Shown here: piece by piece, positions 1 to 11,667 of the stretch | How the letters are laid out: every line of letters starts with the position of its first letter | Numbering within the stretch: position 1 is the stretch's first letter | Origin: Octopus vulgaris | Lineage: Eukaryota | Assembly: GCA_951406725.2 (NCBI GenBank) | Contig: OX597822.1 | Span: 116,870,001-116,934,000 of the forward strand | Length of the DNA stretch: 64,000 nt | Reading direction: 5' to 3' | Program-made: the position numbers and the translations under genes | The notes under the pieces: generated by a model | Seen by the model: only the letters and a program-made list of their open reading frames with translations | Told to the model about the DNA's origin: nothing | Database searches by the model: none

Positions 1-153
1 CGACAACGTAAAGTGTACTAGCCACTGGGGGTGGGTGTTACTGAAGCTTATAGCCCCAGGAGATCATCGTCTCCAGCTGGCTTTAGACACACTTTCTGTG
101 CCCTTCTGGTATTTGCAAAGGGAGGTCATCTCCTCTTGAAAACCTAAGTGATA

Positions 154-198
154 CATACGGACTATAGTTTCGAGGTATTTGCCTCTCGTCAACGTACG
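154..198 (-). ncRNA. Minimal type I hammerhead ribozyme motif (left arm)
   Basis: Minus strand reads cgtacg-TTGACGA-gagg caaata cctc-GAAAC-tata-GTC-cgtatg. Stems I and II pair, helix III has a palindromic loop, and the core has a C3>U variant. Confidence 0.75.
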
Positions 199-373
199 GT
201 AATCACCGATTTTCGATTAGGGAGGCCTGTTTGCGAATATCTATTTAATGTTTTTCTCAGCAACCACTGTCACTGATTCAGACAGTTTTTCTAAATCAGT
301 GACAGTGGTTGCTGAGAAAAACATTAAATAGATATTCGCAAACAGGCCTCCCTAATCGAAAATCGGTGATTAC

Positions 374-418
374 CGTACGTTGACGAGAGGCAAATACCTC
401 GAAACTATAGTCTGTATG
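374..418 (+). ncRNA. Minimal type I hammerhead ribozyme motif (right arm)
   Basis: cgtacg-TTGACGA-gagg caaata cctc-GAAAC-tata-GTC-tgtatg. Confidence 0.75.
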
Positions 419-585
419 TATCACTTAGGTTTTCAAGAGGGGATGACCTCCCTTTGCAAATACCAGAAGGGCACAGAAAGTGTGTCTAAAGCCAGCTGGA
501 GACGATGATCTCCTGGGGCTATAAGCTTCAGTAACACCCACCCCCAGTGGCTAGCCACATTCAGATGGCTAGTACACTTTACGTT

Positions 586-751
586 ATATACATATACATA
601 TATAATATATACATATACATATATATATGATATATACATATATATACATACACACACACACACACATATATATAAACATACATACATACACACACACACA
701 CACATATATATAAACATACATACATACACACACACACACACATATATATAA

Positions 752-784
<33 letters not shown>

Positions 785-809
785 TATATATAAACATACA
801 TACATACAT

Positions 810-852
<43 letters not shown>

Positions 853-886
853 CATATAAATATATACAGATATACATATATATATA
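586..886. repeat. Compound (TA)/(CA)/(CATA) microsatellite with a ~36-40 nt higher-order unit
   Basis: (CA)n-TATATATAAA-(CATA)n block repeated about 4 times. Confidence 0.9.
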
Positions 887-1260
887 TCATCATCATCATC
901 ATCATCGCTTAACGTCCAATTTCCATGCTGGCAGAGGTTGGACGATTTGACTGAGGACTGGCAAGCCAGATGGCTGCACCAGGCTCCAATCTGATCTGGC
1001 AAAGTTTCTACAGCTGGATGCCCTTCCTAATGCCAACCACTCCAAGAGTGTAGTGGGTGATTTTACATGCCACTAGCACGAGGGCCAGTCAGACAGTACT
1101 GGCAATGGCCATGCTCAAATGGTGCTTTTTATGTGCCACTGGCACGGGAGCCAGTCAGCTGCCCAGGCAACAATCACGCTCGGATGGTGCTCTTAGCTCT
1201 CCACTAGCACAGATGCCAGTCATGCGGTGCTGTCATCGAATTGCCTCAACAACAGGAGTC
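887..1260 (-). mobile_element. RTE 3'-UTR fragment with (GAT)n tail
   Basis: Homologous to the 3' end of the RTE at 53712-54300. Confidence 0.8.
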
Positions 1261-2136
1261 TTCTGTGCCTTATGCATTACATCCGGTGTTACTGCATTGT
1301 TCCACACCCACAAGGGAGCAGTGCATCTTGAAGAGGAAACAATTGTGGTAATATAAACTTTTTTGTTGGAACATTCTGTCTTCTCTTTTTACCTTTAATA
1401 TATGTGTGTGTGTGCTTGTCCACCAACATCGCCTGATAACCAATGCTGGTGTGTTTACATCACCATAACTTAGCAGTTCAGCAAAAGAGACTGATAGAAT
1501 AAGTGCTGGGCTTACAAAGAATAAGCACACACATATATATATACACAACACATATGCACACATATATAGACACACACACGGATATATACACACACACAGA
1601 TATATACACACACACACACATATATATATACACAGCTTAACATGGATGTCTTGCTAGAAGACCAAATACTGCACCATTAGCCTTTAGAGATCCTTTCATA
1701 TGGGTGCTTGGTGCACATGCATAGATAATGTCAGATAAGAATTGTCTGTCGTGGGCAGCAGAACTTACATGTCCCATGTCTACTGGGAATTATCCGTGGG
1801 AGGTGTGTGATTACTATATGCTACTCAAATCTTGATACTACAACGTATAGAATACAATCATCTTTTCAGAGATAGATATCACAATTAGCCAGCAGGTTTA
1901 TTAACAATTAATAATTAGTGATGAAAGCAGTATTAATACCCAAAAGGTAAGTTTTATATCCAACATGCTCATGTGTGTGTGTGTGTGTGTGTGTGTGTAT
2001 GACTACAATGCAGAATTGAATTAAATTAATAGTACCATGTGACTGATGTCGTTAACAAGTCAGACCTCAACTCCCCCAGACAGAGAGCCATTACCAACAT
2101 TCCGTATTAGCACATGGTTCCAGGAATCCAGATTGG

Positions 2137-2255
2137 TATGCGAAACTGGAACTGCAGTCGCTACCAAATTTATAATACCATTTGCCCTGCATTGATCGAT
2201 AGCAGCCCAATATCCAGAATCCGTATTGGACCCCTCTAAAAGCCTGATGAGCCTA
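2137..2255 (+). ncRNA. Candidate hammerhead ribozyme with type II strand order
   Basis: tatgc-GAAA-ctg gaactg cag-TC-gct...agc-CTGATGA-gccta. Confidence 0.5.
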
Positions 2256-2949
2256 TGGAACTTTAAGTTGCACGGAGTCAGCTCAAACTGTTATTAAACA
2301 ATACATGGATACTACGTACATACATACATATATATATATACACATATATTTCTATATGTGTATATGTATGTGTGTGTGTATACATATACACACACACAAA
2401 TATATATAGATACACATACACACACACACATATATACATATACATCTGCATACACACACACACATGTTATTTCTCAAGCTCAGTCAACAATATAATATCG
2501 TATTGACATAAGAAAAGAAAGTCTATTTAGCTCACTTCAGTCGTGTCTATGGCAGGCTGTGATAATGAGTCATAGAAAACTTCTCATTCCAGATCGCTTC
2601 ATTCAATTACTGCGCTGACGACAAACTAAAGCAAAGTGCCGGCAAACACAATAATAATGGATAATTCTTGTCTGTGTTTAACCACAGGTTGATCTTGATT
2701 GAGCAAATACATGATCAAAAGCCTTTTCATTATTGACATTGAATTATCAACTACAACGTTGTAGCTATTATTACTATTTTAGCCCCAGGCCAGCCTTGAT
2801 TAAGAAAACTTATGATCAAAAGCATTCAAGCTATGACTACCTTGTTTATTTTGACTTTTTTTTTTCTTTTTACAGAAATAGCGTACATCAACATCATCAT
2901 CATCATTGTTGTCAGCAGTGTCATCGTCTCTACATTCACTTTTACGGCT

Positions 2950-3207
2950 TCTGTGCTGGTGGCACATAAAAAGCACCAACCGACCGTGGCCATAGCCAGA
3001 CTCCCCTGGCACCTGTGCCGGTAGCACGTAAAAAGCACCCACTACACTCACAGAGTGGTTGGCGTTAGGAAGGGCATCCAGGTGTAGAAACACTGCCAGA
3101 TCAGATTGGAACCTGGTGCAGCCTCCTGGCTTCCCAGACCCTGGTCGAACCGTCCAACCCATGCTAGCATGGAAAATGGACGTTAAACGATGATGATGAT
3201 GATGATG
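2950..3207 (+). mobile_element. RTE 3'-UTR fragment
   Basis: ggcacataaaaagcacc units followed by ...aacgatgatgatg tail. Confidence 0.85.
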
Positions 3208-4220
3208 CTTGCATAGATCACACGGCATTTGCTGAGAGACACCCTTCCTCTTCCCATCCCTCACTTATTTACAAGCAAGACAGGATTTCCACATGACCAG
3301 GCATACTTCCACGGATGAGTTGAAATGAATGCACCATTGGTACGACAATGACACACTTAGAACAACCATAATGGTTGTGTCAACATGTGATGAGTCCAAA
3401 TTTCACCAAGGTCAATTCAATATTTCATTTGCCCCAAGGTTGATAAAATTAGTGCTTGTAGTATATAGTAACATTGATTCTTCTGACTGCGCACACCTCA
3501 ACTAGAATAATTGGCAGCGTGTCCAGCGAAGGGAAATCAATACAAGAATACATGTGTGGTTCATCAATCGTCCACACTCTAGCCTTGTGAGAAAAGGTCA
3601 GTGTAAGGGTCACTCAGTTCGTTTTTAATGACTGCAAGGAATGAGCATGTCTGTACACTGGTTAATCTACATTCTATAAATAATTGGTTAACTTTCCATA
3701 GAAAGATTCATCAATGCGTTTGCTGGCAGATAAGGTGTAAGAAGCACTTTCACATAAGATTTGTTACGTTACAAGTGAATTTTTTGGAAAAAAAAAACAG
3801 ATTTAATAGTAATATTTGAATGCATCTAGGCAGGTTTGGGCACAAAATAAGCTGGCTGCTGTAATTATGTCAAAGGAGAATAAAACTTCCCAATGGTGCA
3901 GAGGATTCTGGGACACTGGTGTTTTAAGATGTTGTATTGCACGAGCCAGAAGTACCTGCCCCAGACCTTTGAGCCTAGCCAAGCAACTGGCCTTTGTTTA
4001 TACTTTTAAGTAAAATTACTGTCTTCCACACATACAGGTTTGTACTTTCAGGTGATGGTGCCACTTAAAAAGCACCCCCACCAGTGCTGTGTTAATGTAC
4101 CTGTGTCGGTGCTGCATAAACACACATGTGGCAGTAATACATAAAAGAAATCACCCAGCAGACTCTGTTGAGTGGTTGGCATTAGGAATGGCATCCAGCT
4201 GTAGAGAATTATATATATAT

Positions 4221-4387
4221 ATACTTTATTTAAAGCAGCAAAAACTGTCCGACGAACAGGAACGTGAAACTCAGAGTAACAGGTTTTGTTGAATTTTCTG
4301 CTGCTTTAAATAAAGCATATTACTCTACCACTGGTATTTGAATACTCTTTTTTCCACCTTGTTTCACATTTATGTGTTTACTCCGGA
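4221..4387 (+). mobile_element. Short PLE-pLTR-like cassette in (TA)n with an inverted 5' arm
   Basis: Flanked by TA tracts. 4221-4248 is a reverse complement (with a deletion) of 4279-4318. Contains a hammerhead motif and a downstream AATAAA. Confidence 0.65.
4245..4282 (+). ncRNA. Hammerhead-like motif
   Basis: ctgt-CCGACGA-ac aggaac gt-GAAAC-tcaga-GTA-acag (U4>C variant). Confidence 0.65.
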
Positions 4388-5107
4388 ATATATATATATA
4401 TATATATATAATTTTACGGTTTTAACTTTACAACTTATGTCTCTTTACACAGGTTCTGAGACCCCTGGCTCTCAACCTGGGCAACCTCTGTCTCACCCAC
4501 AGCCATTGCAGACTCCTCAACAGGCCCTTCATCTGCAGGCCAAACAAAAACGTCTTCACCTCCCATAACAATAAGCGGTAACTTGATAAGCCACTAACAT
4601 ACACTGGTGTCACTGACACTGTAAGACGGTCTGTAATGTGACATCGGCATAACTGAAAAAAACCCCAAAACTTCAGAATTACACAAGGTTACTCAGCCAG
4701 TTGCTGCTGCGTCGACCAATCACGTCATGTCATGTGTACATGTTGTCAGCCAATAGCGTGCCTGATGGACTCTTCGAGACATACCCACAGACAGGAACAA
4801 ACATATGAATTGTGTTGGCAGAACTAAATTTAGCGGAACCTAATTGGTCCGCTAACAGTTTCCAAAAGTTAGCAAAAACACTAATCTGCTAAACGAAAGT
4901 TAGCTTTGCTAATTCACGGAACCATGCCCACCACTGGTTAAGAGTGACTCAACATTAGTAACTTGGTGTAATGGAATGGAATGGATCATGCAGGCTATTT
5001 TTGAAATAAACCGAGTTGACATTATTAATCACACAGAAGAGAAAACTTATTACTATTTAAGAAAATGAGATGACAAACAAATAAAGAATTATCTTCGGAA
5101 CTTCATT

Positions 5108-5188
5108 GCCTTACAACTGTTTCATCCATAAGATGCAGTGGACCCGTAGTTAGGTGCCTGAGCAACATCATATAGCTTCATTGGAGTC
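5108..5188 (-). ncRNA. Degenerate hammerhead motif, inverted paralogue of 5468-5548
   Basis: Minus strand reads gact-CCAATGA-agctata...tatggat-GAAAC-agtt-GTA-aggc. Confidence 0.5.
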
Positions 5189-5232
5189 TCCCAATCAGAA
5201 AGCCAATACAGGTGTGTATAAAAATATAACTG

Positions 5233-5395
5233 TAGGCACGGGCATGGCTGTGTGGTTAGGGAGCTTGCTTCCCAGCTACATGGCTTCGGGTTCAGTCCCA
5301 CCGCATGGCACTTTGGGCAAGTGTCCTCTGCTATAGCCCCGGGCCGACCGGAGCTTTGTGATTGAATTTGGTAGGCGGAACTCAACTACCGTGTG
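5233..5395 (+). mobile_element. tRNA-derived SINE, family A head
   Basis: A box tggctgtgtggt, B box ggttcagtccc, CORE-like ttgggcaagtgtc. Confidence 0.85.
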
Positions 5396-5467
5396 TGTAG
5401 GTGCTTGTGCCTCTCCGTGAGAGAGAGAGGGAATTCTTTTCCCAAATGAACTGTACTTCATATTCAA

Positions 5468-5548
5468 GGCTCTGATGAAGCCATAAAGTGTTATTCAGGC
5501 ACTCAACAATGAGTCCACTGCATCGTATAGCAGAAACAGCTGCAAGTT
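5468..5548 (+). ncRNA. Degenerate hammerhead motif with long helix II
   Basis: ggct-CTGATGA-agccata...tatagca-GAAAC-agct-GCA-agtt. Confidence 0.55.
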
Positions 5549-5710
5549 AATGAAGTCCATAAGATAATCACTTGTTCCTTTGTCCTCTCTTTTTCTTATC
5601 ACTGCTCTGTACTCATCTAACACTTCATTCTGAAGCATACATGTATTGAGTTCTACACCAGGTTATTAGTCTTGCAATACCAAAGCAACATATATATTAC
5701 TATATAAATA

Positions 5711-6015
5711 CTCTTTTACTTGTTTCAGTCATTTGACTGTGGCCATGCTGGAGCACCGCCTTTAGTCGAGCAAATCAACCCCAGGACTTATTCTTTGTAA
5801 GCCTAGTACTCATTCTATTGGTCTCTTTTGTCCCCCCAACATCACTTGACAACCGATGGTGGTGTGTTTATGTCCCCGTAACTTAGTGGTTCGGCAAAAA
5901 AAACCCAATAGAATAAGTACTAGGCTTCCAAAGAGTAAGTCCTGGGGTCGATTTGCTCGACTAAAGGCGGTGCTCTAGCATGGCCACAGTCAAATGACTG
6001 AAACAAGTAAAAGAG
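5711..6015. repeat. Inverted pair of SINE-A tails forming a hairpin
   Basis: 5711-5830 is the reverse complement of ~5895-6015. Confidence 0.85.
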
Positions 6016-6044
6016 AAAAAAAAATAATTTGATGATTGAAGCGT

Positions 6045-6340
6045 ATCATCATCATCATCATCGTTTAGCGTCCGCTTTCCATGCTAGCATGGGTTGAACG
6101 GTTCGACTGGGGTCTGTGAAGCCAGAAGACTGCACCAGGCCCAGTCTGATCTGGCAATGTTTCTACGGCTGGATCCCCTTCCTAACGCCAACCACTCCGA
6201 GAGTGTAGTGGGTGCTTTTACCAGCCACCGGCACAGGTGCCAGATGGTGCTGGCAAACAGCCACGATCGGATGATGCTTTTTACATGCCACTGGCACGGG
6301 GGCCAGGCGAGGCTGGCAGCGGCCACGATCGGATGGTGTA
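6045..6340 (-). mobile_element. RTE 3'-UTR fragment
   Basis: (CAT)n-cgtttagcgtccgc...ccatgctagcatggg, shared with the long RTE. Confidence 0.85.
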
Positions 6341-7464
6341 TCCTACCTAAAATACTAAGGTAGCATAATGTACACTCAGAAAAAAAATATGCTTTAAAAA
6401 CATAATCAGAAAGTTACAGTAAGTTTTCTTTTCAGACAGAAACTCAATTGTTGTTAGAATCTGGAAAATAGTAAGGAAAAAAATCTCCACATCTTACTGT
6501 TAACAATATCAGAAGGCTAAAAAGTGTATTTAGTGTTGAAGCATCTGAATTTTAAGACAATGATGAAATATGTTTACTCACTAAACAGTGTATCTGTGTG
6601 TCATTTTATTCTTGTAAGTAGGATGCATTTGGAGCTCAGTGAATCGCATGAAATAGATATGGATTCATCTTTACTACATCTCCAAGGCCATTTTGGAAAG
6701 AGAACAAGTAAGACATGGCTTGTGTGGTTATGTTCACTTCAGGTTCAGTCCCACTGCATGGCACCTTGGGCCAAGTGTCTTCCACTTATAGCACCAGGTC
6801 AACCAAAGCCTTGTGGGTAGATTTTGTAGATGGAAACTCAATGAAGCTTGTCATAGGAGCTCCCAGTACACACTGTAAAGTGGTTGGCATTAAGAAGGAT
6901 CTGAAGTCTTAGAAATTGTGCCAAAGTAGGCACTGGAGCACAATGCAGTCCTTCGTCTCATCAGATCTTTGTCAAAGCATCAAACCCATGAAAGCATGGA
7001 ACATGGGCAGTAAATTTCATATTTATGTATCTACATACATACGTATGCATCTTTTACTTCTTTCAGTCATGTGACTGTGGCCATGTTGGGGCATCGCCTT
7101 GAAAGGTTTTAGTCGAATAAATCAACTACAGGACTTATTTTTTTTAAAAGCTCAGTACTTATTCTATCAGTCTCTTTTGTCGAACTGCTAAGTTACAGGG
7201 ACGTAAACACACCAACACTAGTTGTCAAGTAGTGGTGTGAGATAAACACACACACTATAATGCACATTTTTTTTTAGTTTCCCTCAACCAAATCCACTTG
7301 CCAAAAGTGCCACACAGTGGGACTGAACCTGGGACTATGTGGTTGGGAAGCAAGCTTCTTACGACACAGCCACCCCTGCGCTTATGTATTTATAATAGTA
7401 TAAAACTATAAACAGGCAAACGACCGGTATTAGATCGAATTAACATATTTATATACCTAAACAC

Positions 7465-7512
<48 letters not shown>

Positions 7513-8414
7513 GTCAATTGTAAAGGCTTGTCCATGTGGTGTCGTTTGTTTCCAGTCCTCCATGTAAACATGTTCAGGGTGTTTGTTGTTTGATAAACAA
7601 GCTAATTATTATATCATTTGGAAACAAGCGGAGGATGGCAACAGAAGGGCATCTGGCCAGTAAAAGAAAATCTGTTCCAGCATACTTTCGTCAGACCCAT
7701 GCAAAGCATAGAGAAAAAAGTAGTCATTAAAATGATGACAATGACAACGATGGTGGTGGTGGTGGTGATGATGATGATTAAGATGTGTGGTGATGATGAT
7801 ACTGTTGATGATCAAGGTTATGGTGGCGATGATGATGATGATGACATACAAGTTTTATGCATTCTGCATGGTTAATAATAATAATGATAATAATAATAAT
7901 AATAATAATATCTCCAGTGTAATTTTTGTAATTGGTGAATATTTTTATTGGAATCTTTCAAGAATATTAATTCTTTTGAAAATGTGTAGGTGTCTTTCCA
8001 TGCAGACAATCCTTCAAATACATTTTCTAATTTTGACTTGTTACATTCTCAGTCGAAGTTCTTGCTAAACCGGGATGTCAGATTCACAAGCCATGAGATC
8101 ATCAGAGCAACAACAGGGTGGGTTTGGACAACCCTCCAGAAAAACACACTTAACATTCTTTACAATTAGAAGTATTTAAATCCCACTCAGTGTTACATCT
8201 TTATAAAATGTTGAGACTAACAACTGCAAATGATGCGTATCTTAATGACTTAACCGATTCTTACCACACAGCATTGTGTCTGTTCCGTTTCCTCGTGCTT
8301 GTTTGCCACAGACGTAATGGGAATTGCAAGCGATACAGGCCACAAATGTTATTGTTTTCACTTGCTGTAAATATTAAGACTAGGACTCCAACTCTAAACC
8401 GATTCTTGAAAACA

Positions 8415-8850
8415 GGTTTCTCTTTTATCTTTTACTTGTTTCAGTTATTGGACTGCAGCCATGTAGGGCCACCACCTTGAAGGGCTTGTTTTTTGTTTGT
8501 CAAATGTATTGACACCAGTGCTTACTTTCGTTTTCTTTTTTAAGCCTAGTCCTTATTCTATCAGTCTCTTTTGCTGAACAACTAAGTTATGGAGATGTAA
8601 ACACACTAATACTGGTCACCACACACACACACACTTTCTCTCTCCCCCCTCTCTATCTCACACACGCAGAGACAGACAGATAGATATACAACAGGTTTCT
8701 TTCAGTTACTGTCTACCAAATCCACTCACAAGGCTTTGGTCAGTTTGAGGCTATAGTAGAAGACACTTGCTCAAGGTGCCACTCAGTGGAATTGAACCCA
8801 AAACTATGTGGTTGAGAAGCAAACTTCTTACTACACAGCCATGCCTGTAC
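8415..8850 (-). mobile_element. SINE family A (a further copy lies at ~7050-7382)
   Basis: Reverse complement of the family A head, internal microsatellite and tail. Confidence 0.8.
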
Positions 8851-9805
8851 AAAAAATTAAAATTCTATTAGCTGTAACTTTCAAAGTCTAGAAAAGATTT
8901 CACAGAAAACTTTTTTTGTATTTCTATTTTAACATAGTATGAAATGCTGGTATATTTATAACAGCTTTCAAGACAAGGAAATGATTTTAGAATGCTAATT
9001 ATCTTTATTTCCTGTAAGGTCTCATCAATTACAAGGTTTTAGCTTCCTCAAAAGTCTAAGCTGTATTTCACAAGAATATCAAAATAGTTCAACAACCCCA
9101 AGATTCAGATAATTGGAAAGAATTTCATAGATAAGATTAATTATCTTTTCTATTGGAGATCAAAACTTTGATTTTCTTTGCATGGATGCAAAATGATTTA
9201 ACAATAGAATAAATATTACCAAAACCGAAAGAGATATGTTGCAATAGTCTTAGGTGCCTCCACCACAATCATTTTACATCTGCTTTCCATGCTGGCATGG
9301 GTCGGATGGTTTAACAGGTTTCAACAGTCCGGAGGGGTATGTCTTCTTCTAGTGTCTCATTTTGGCATGGTTTCTACACAGTTTGCACAGCTTGAAGCTC
9401 ATCCTAACAACAACCACTTTACAGATTGCACTGGGTGCATTTTTCCATGGAACCAGCACTAAAGAGGTTACCTTGCCATCAGCAAGACTAAAGTGCTCTT
9501 TCGTGTCTTGTGTTGCCACTGTTTGGATCAATTACCTAACACTGAGAGAGTACTGGGTGTTTTTTTAAGGAACCAGCACCATTGGTGTCTCCTTGTAGCT
9601 TGCAAGACAGAAGAGAACACAGCACGATGGAAAAGAACAGGTTGATTGAGAGACTCATTTAAGAAAGAGTATTGGAGTGGGAGTAAATGAGAATGAGGAG
9701 AGGGGAAGGAAAGGGAAGAGTAATGTCAGGGGTTAATGTGAAGGTGAGCAGAAAGAGGACAAAGTGGTAATGGGATAGGTTAATTAGGCAGATTAAATGA
9801 TGAGA

Positions 9806-10861
9806 TGCATCAGTTTATCCGTGCTAGCACGGGTTGGACGGTTCGACCAGGGTCTGGGAAGCCAGGAGGCAGCACCAGGCTTCAGTCTGATCTGGCAGTG
9901 TTTCTACAGCTGAATGCCCTTCCTAACGCCAACCACTCTGTGAGTGAAGTGGGTGCTTTTTACGTGCCACCGGCACAGGTGCCAGGGGAGGCTGGCAGCG
10001 GCCACGATCGGTTGGTGCTTTTTATGTGCCACCGGCACAGAAGCCAGTCAAGGCGGCGCTGGCATCGGCCATGTTCGGATGGTACTTTTTACGTGCCACC
10101 AGCACAGAAGCCAGTCAAGGCGGCACTAGCATTGGCCACGTTCGGATGGTGCTTTTCATGTGCCACCGGCACAGGTATCACAACTACAATTTCCATTTGA
10201 TATTTATTTTGATGTTGGGTGTACTTGACTCAATAGGTCTCCTCAAGCACAGCAGGCCATGTGCACCGGCACAGAAGCCAGCCAAGGCAATGCTGGCATC
10301 GGCCACGTTCGGATGGTGCTTTTTATGTGCTGCCGGCACAGGTATCGCTTAACTACAATTTCCATTTGATATTTGTTTGGATACTGATATTGATGTACTT
10401 GACTCTTATAGGTCTCCTCAAGCACAGCAGGTCACCTTACGATCCCAGGTAAGCACAGCAGGTCGTTCTGCAATCCAAGGTACTTTGGATGGGCTAGGGC
10501 TATGCGAAACTGGTGGAGGAAGCAGCCCGGGTCCTTGCAGTCACAGCATATCTCCAGAGATCTCGGTCTTTCGTCATTGCCTCTATGGGGCCCAACATTC
10601 GATGGTCATGCTTGACCACCTCATTCCATGTCTTCCTGGGTCTACCTCTACCCAAGATTCCTTCAACTGTTTGGGAGTGGCACTTCTTCACACATCTCTC
10701 CTCATCCATCCACAGTACATGACCATACCATCGCAAACGTCTCTCTTGCACACCACATCTGATGCTTCTTATGTCCAGCATTTCTCTCAGGGCGCTTACA
10801 CTCTGTCATGTGTGCACACTGACATTACACATCCAGCGGATCATGCTAGCTTCATTTCTAT
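9806..10861 (-). mobile_element. 5'-truncated RTE: ORF C-terminus plus 3' UTR
   Basis: ORF 10500-10781 (VQERRLRWYGHV...GRGRPRKTW) matches the RTE C-terminus at 54307-54582. The 5' junction is in (TA)n. Confidence 0.9.
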
Positions 10862-10899
10862 TATATATATATATATATATATAAATATATATATATTTT

Positions 10900-11266
10900 T
10901 GGCACGTAAAACCACCATCCGCTCGTGTCCGTTGCCAGCCTCGCCTGGCCCCCGTGCCAGTAGCACGTAAAAGCACCATCCGCTCGTGTCCGTTGCCAGC
11001 CTCGCCTGGCCCCCGTGCTGGTGGCACGTAAAAACACCATCCATTCGTGGCCGTTTGCCAGCTCTGTCTGGCACCTGTGCAGGTGGCACGTAAAAAGCAC
11101 CCACTACACTCACGGAGTGGTTGGTGTTAGGAAGGGCATCCAGCCGTAGAAACACTGCCAAATCTGACTGGGCCTGATGAAGCCCTCCGGATTCACAGAC
11201 CCCAGTTAAACCGTCCAACCCATGCTAGCATGGAAAACGGACGCTAAATGATGATGATGATGATGA
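10900..11266 (+). mobile_element. RTE 3'-UTR fragment, opposite orientation to the preceding copy
   Basis: ~59 nt tandem units and (GAT)n tail, flanked by TA tracts. Confidence 0.85.
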
Positions 11267-11667
11267 TATATATATATTTATGCACCCTTTTCAAGCCTAG
11301 TCAGGCTCATGGGCCCGGTTTCCCAGTTTTTGTGGCATATGTGTTCCCCCCAGCTGGACGGGACACCAGTCCATCACAGCGTTACTCAAGAAACAGGAAG
11401 AAAGAGTGAGAGAAAGTTGGTAGAGTGGTTGGCATCAGGAAGGGCACCCAGCCCTAGAAACCATGCCAAAACAGACAACTGGGTCTTGGTGCAGCCAGCC
11501 AGCTTGCCAGCTACTATCAAACCATCCAACCAATGCCAGCTTGGAGAATGGACATTAAATGATGTTGATGATGAATACAACGATGATGTTCCATCCATGG
11601 AAGATGTTCTTATTTACCAATAGCTAAAAAAAGAAGTAGAGTACCAACCTAAACACTTGGTAGTGTT

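Larger units (their letters stand above)
5..585. mobile_element. Fold-back (palindromic) element, probably an inverted PLE pLTR, with a hammerhead motif in each arm
   Basis: Arms 5-278 and 294-585 are near-perfect reverse complements around a ~15 nt spacer. The right arm has an extra 18 nt and runs into a (TA)/(CA) tract. Confidence 0.8.

Noticed and set aside
433-1002. 189 aa ORF and overlapping ORFs rich in Y/I/C/V/M
   Set aside because: Translation of dinucleotide microsatellites. The same applies to the many similar ORFs across the window.
1325-1352. TTGAAGA-g-GAAAC-aatt-GTG hammerhead-like string
   Set aside because: Helix II is absent and the cleavage triplet is GUG; at best a deleted remnant.
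4453-4568. Possible terminal exon GSETPGSQ...LHLP*
   Set aside because: Plausible acceptor, but no linked exons or homology, and it lies next to transposon-like sequence.
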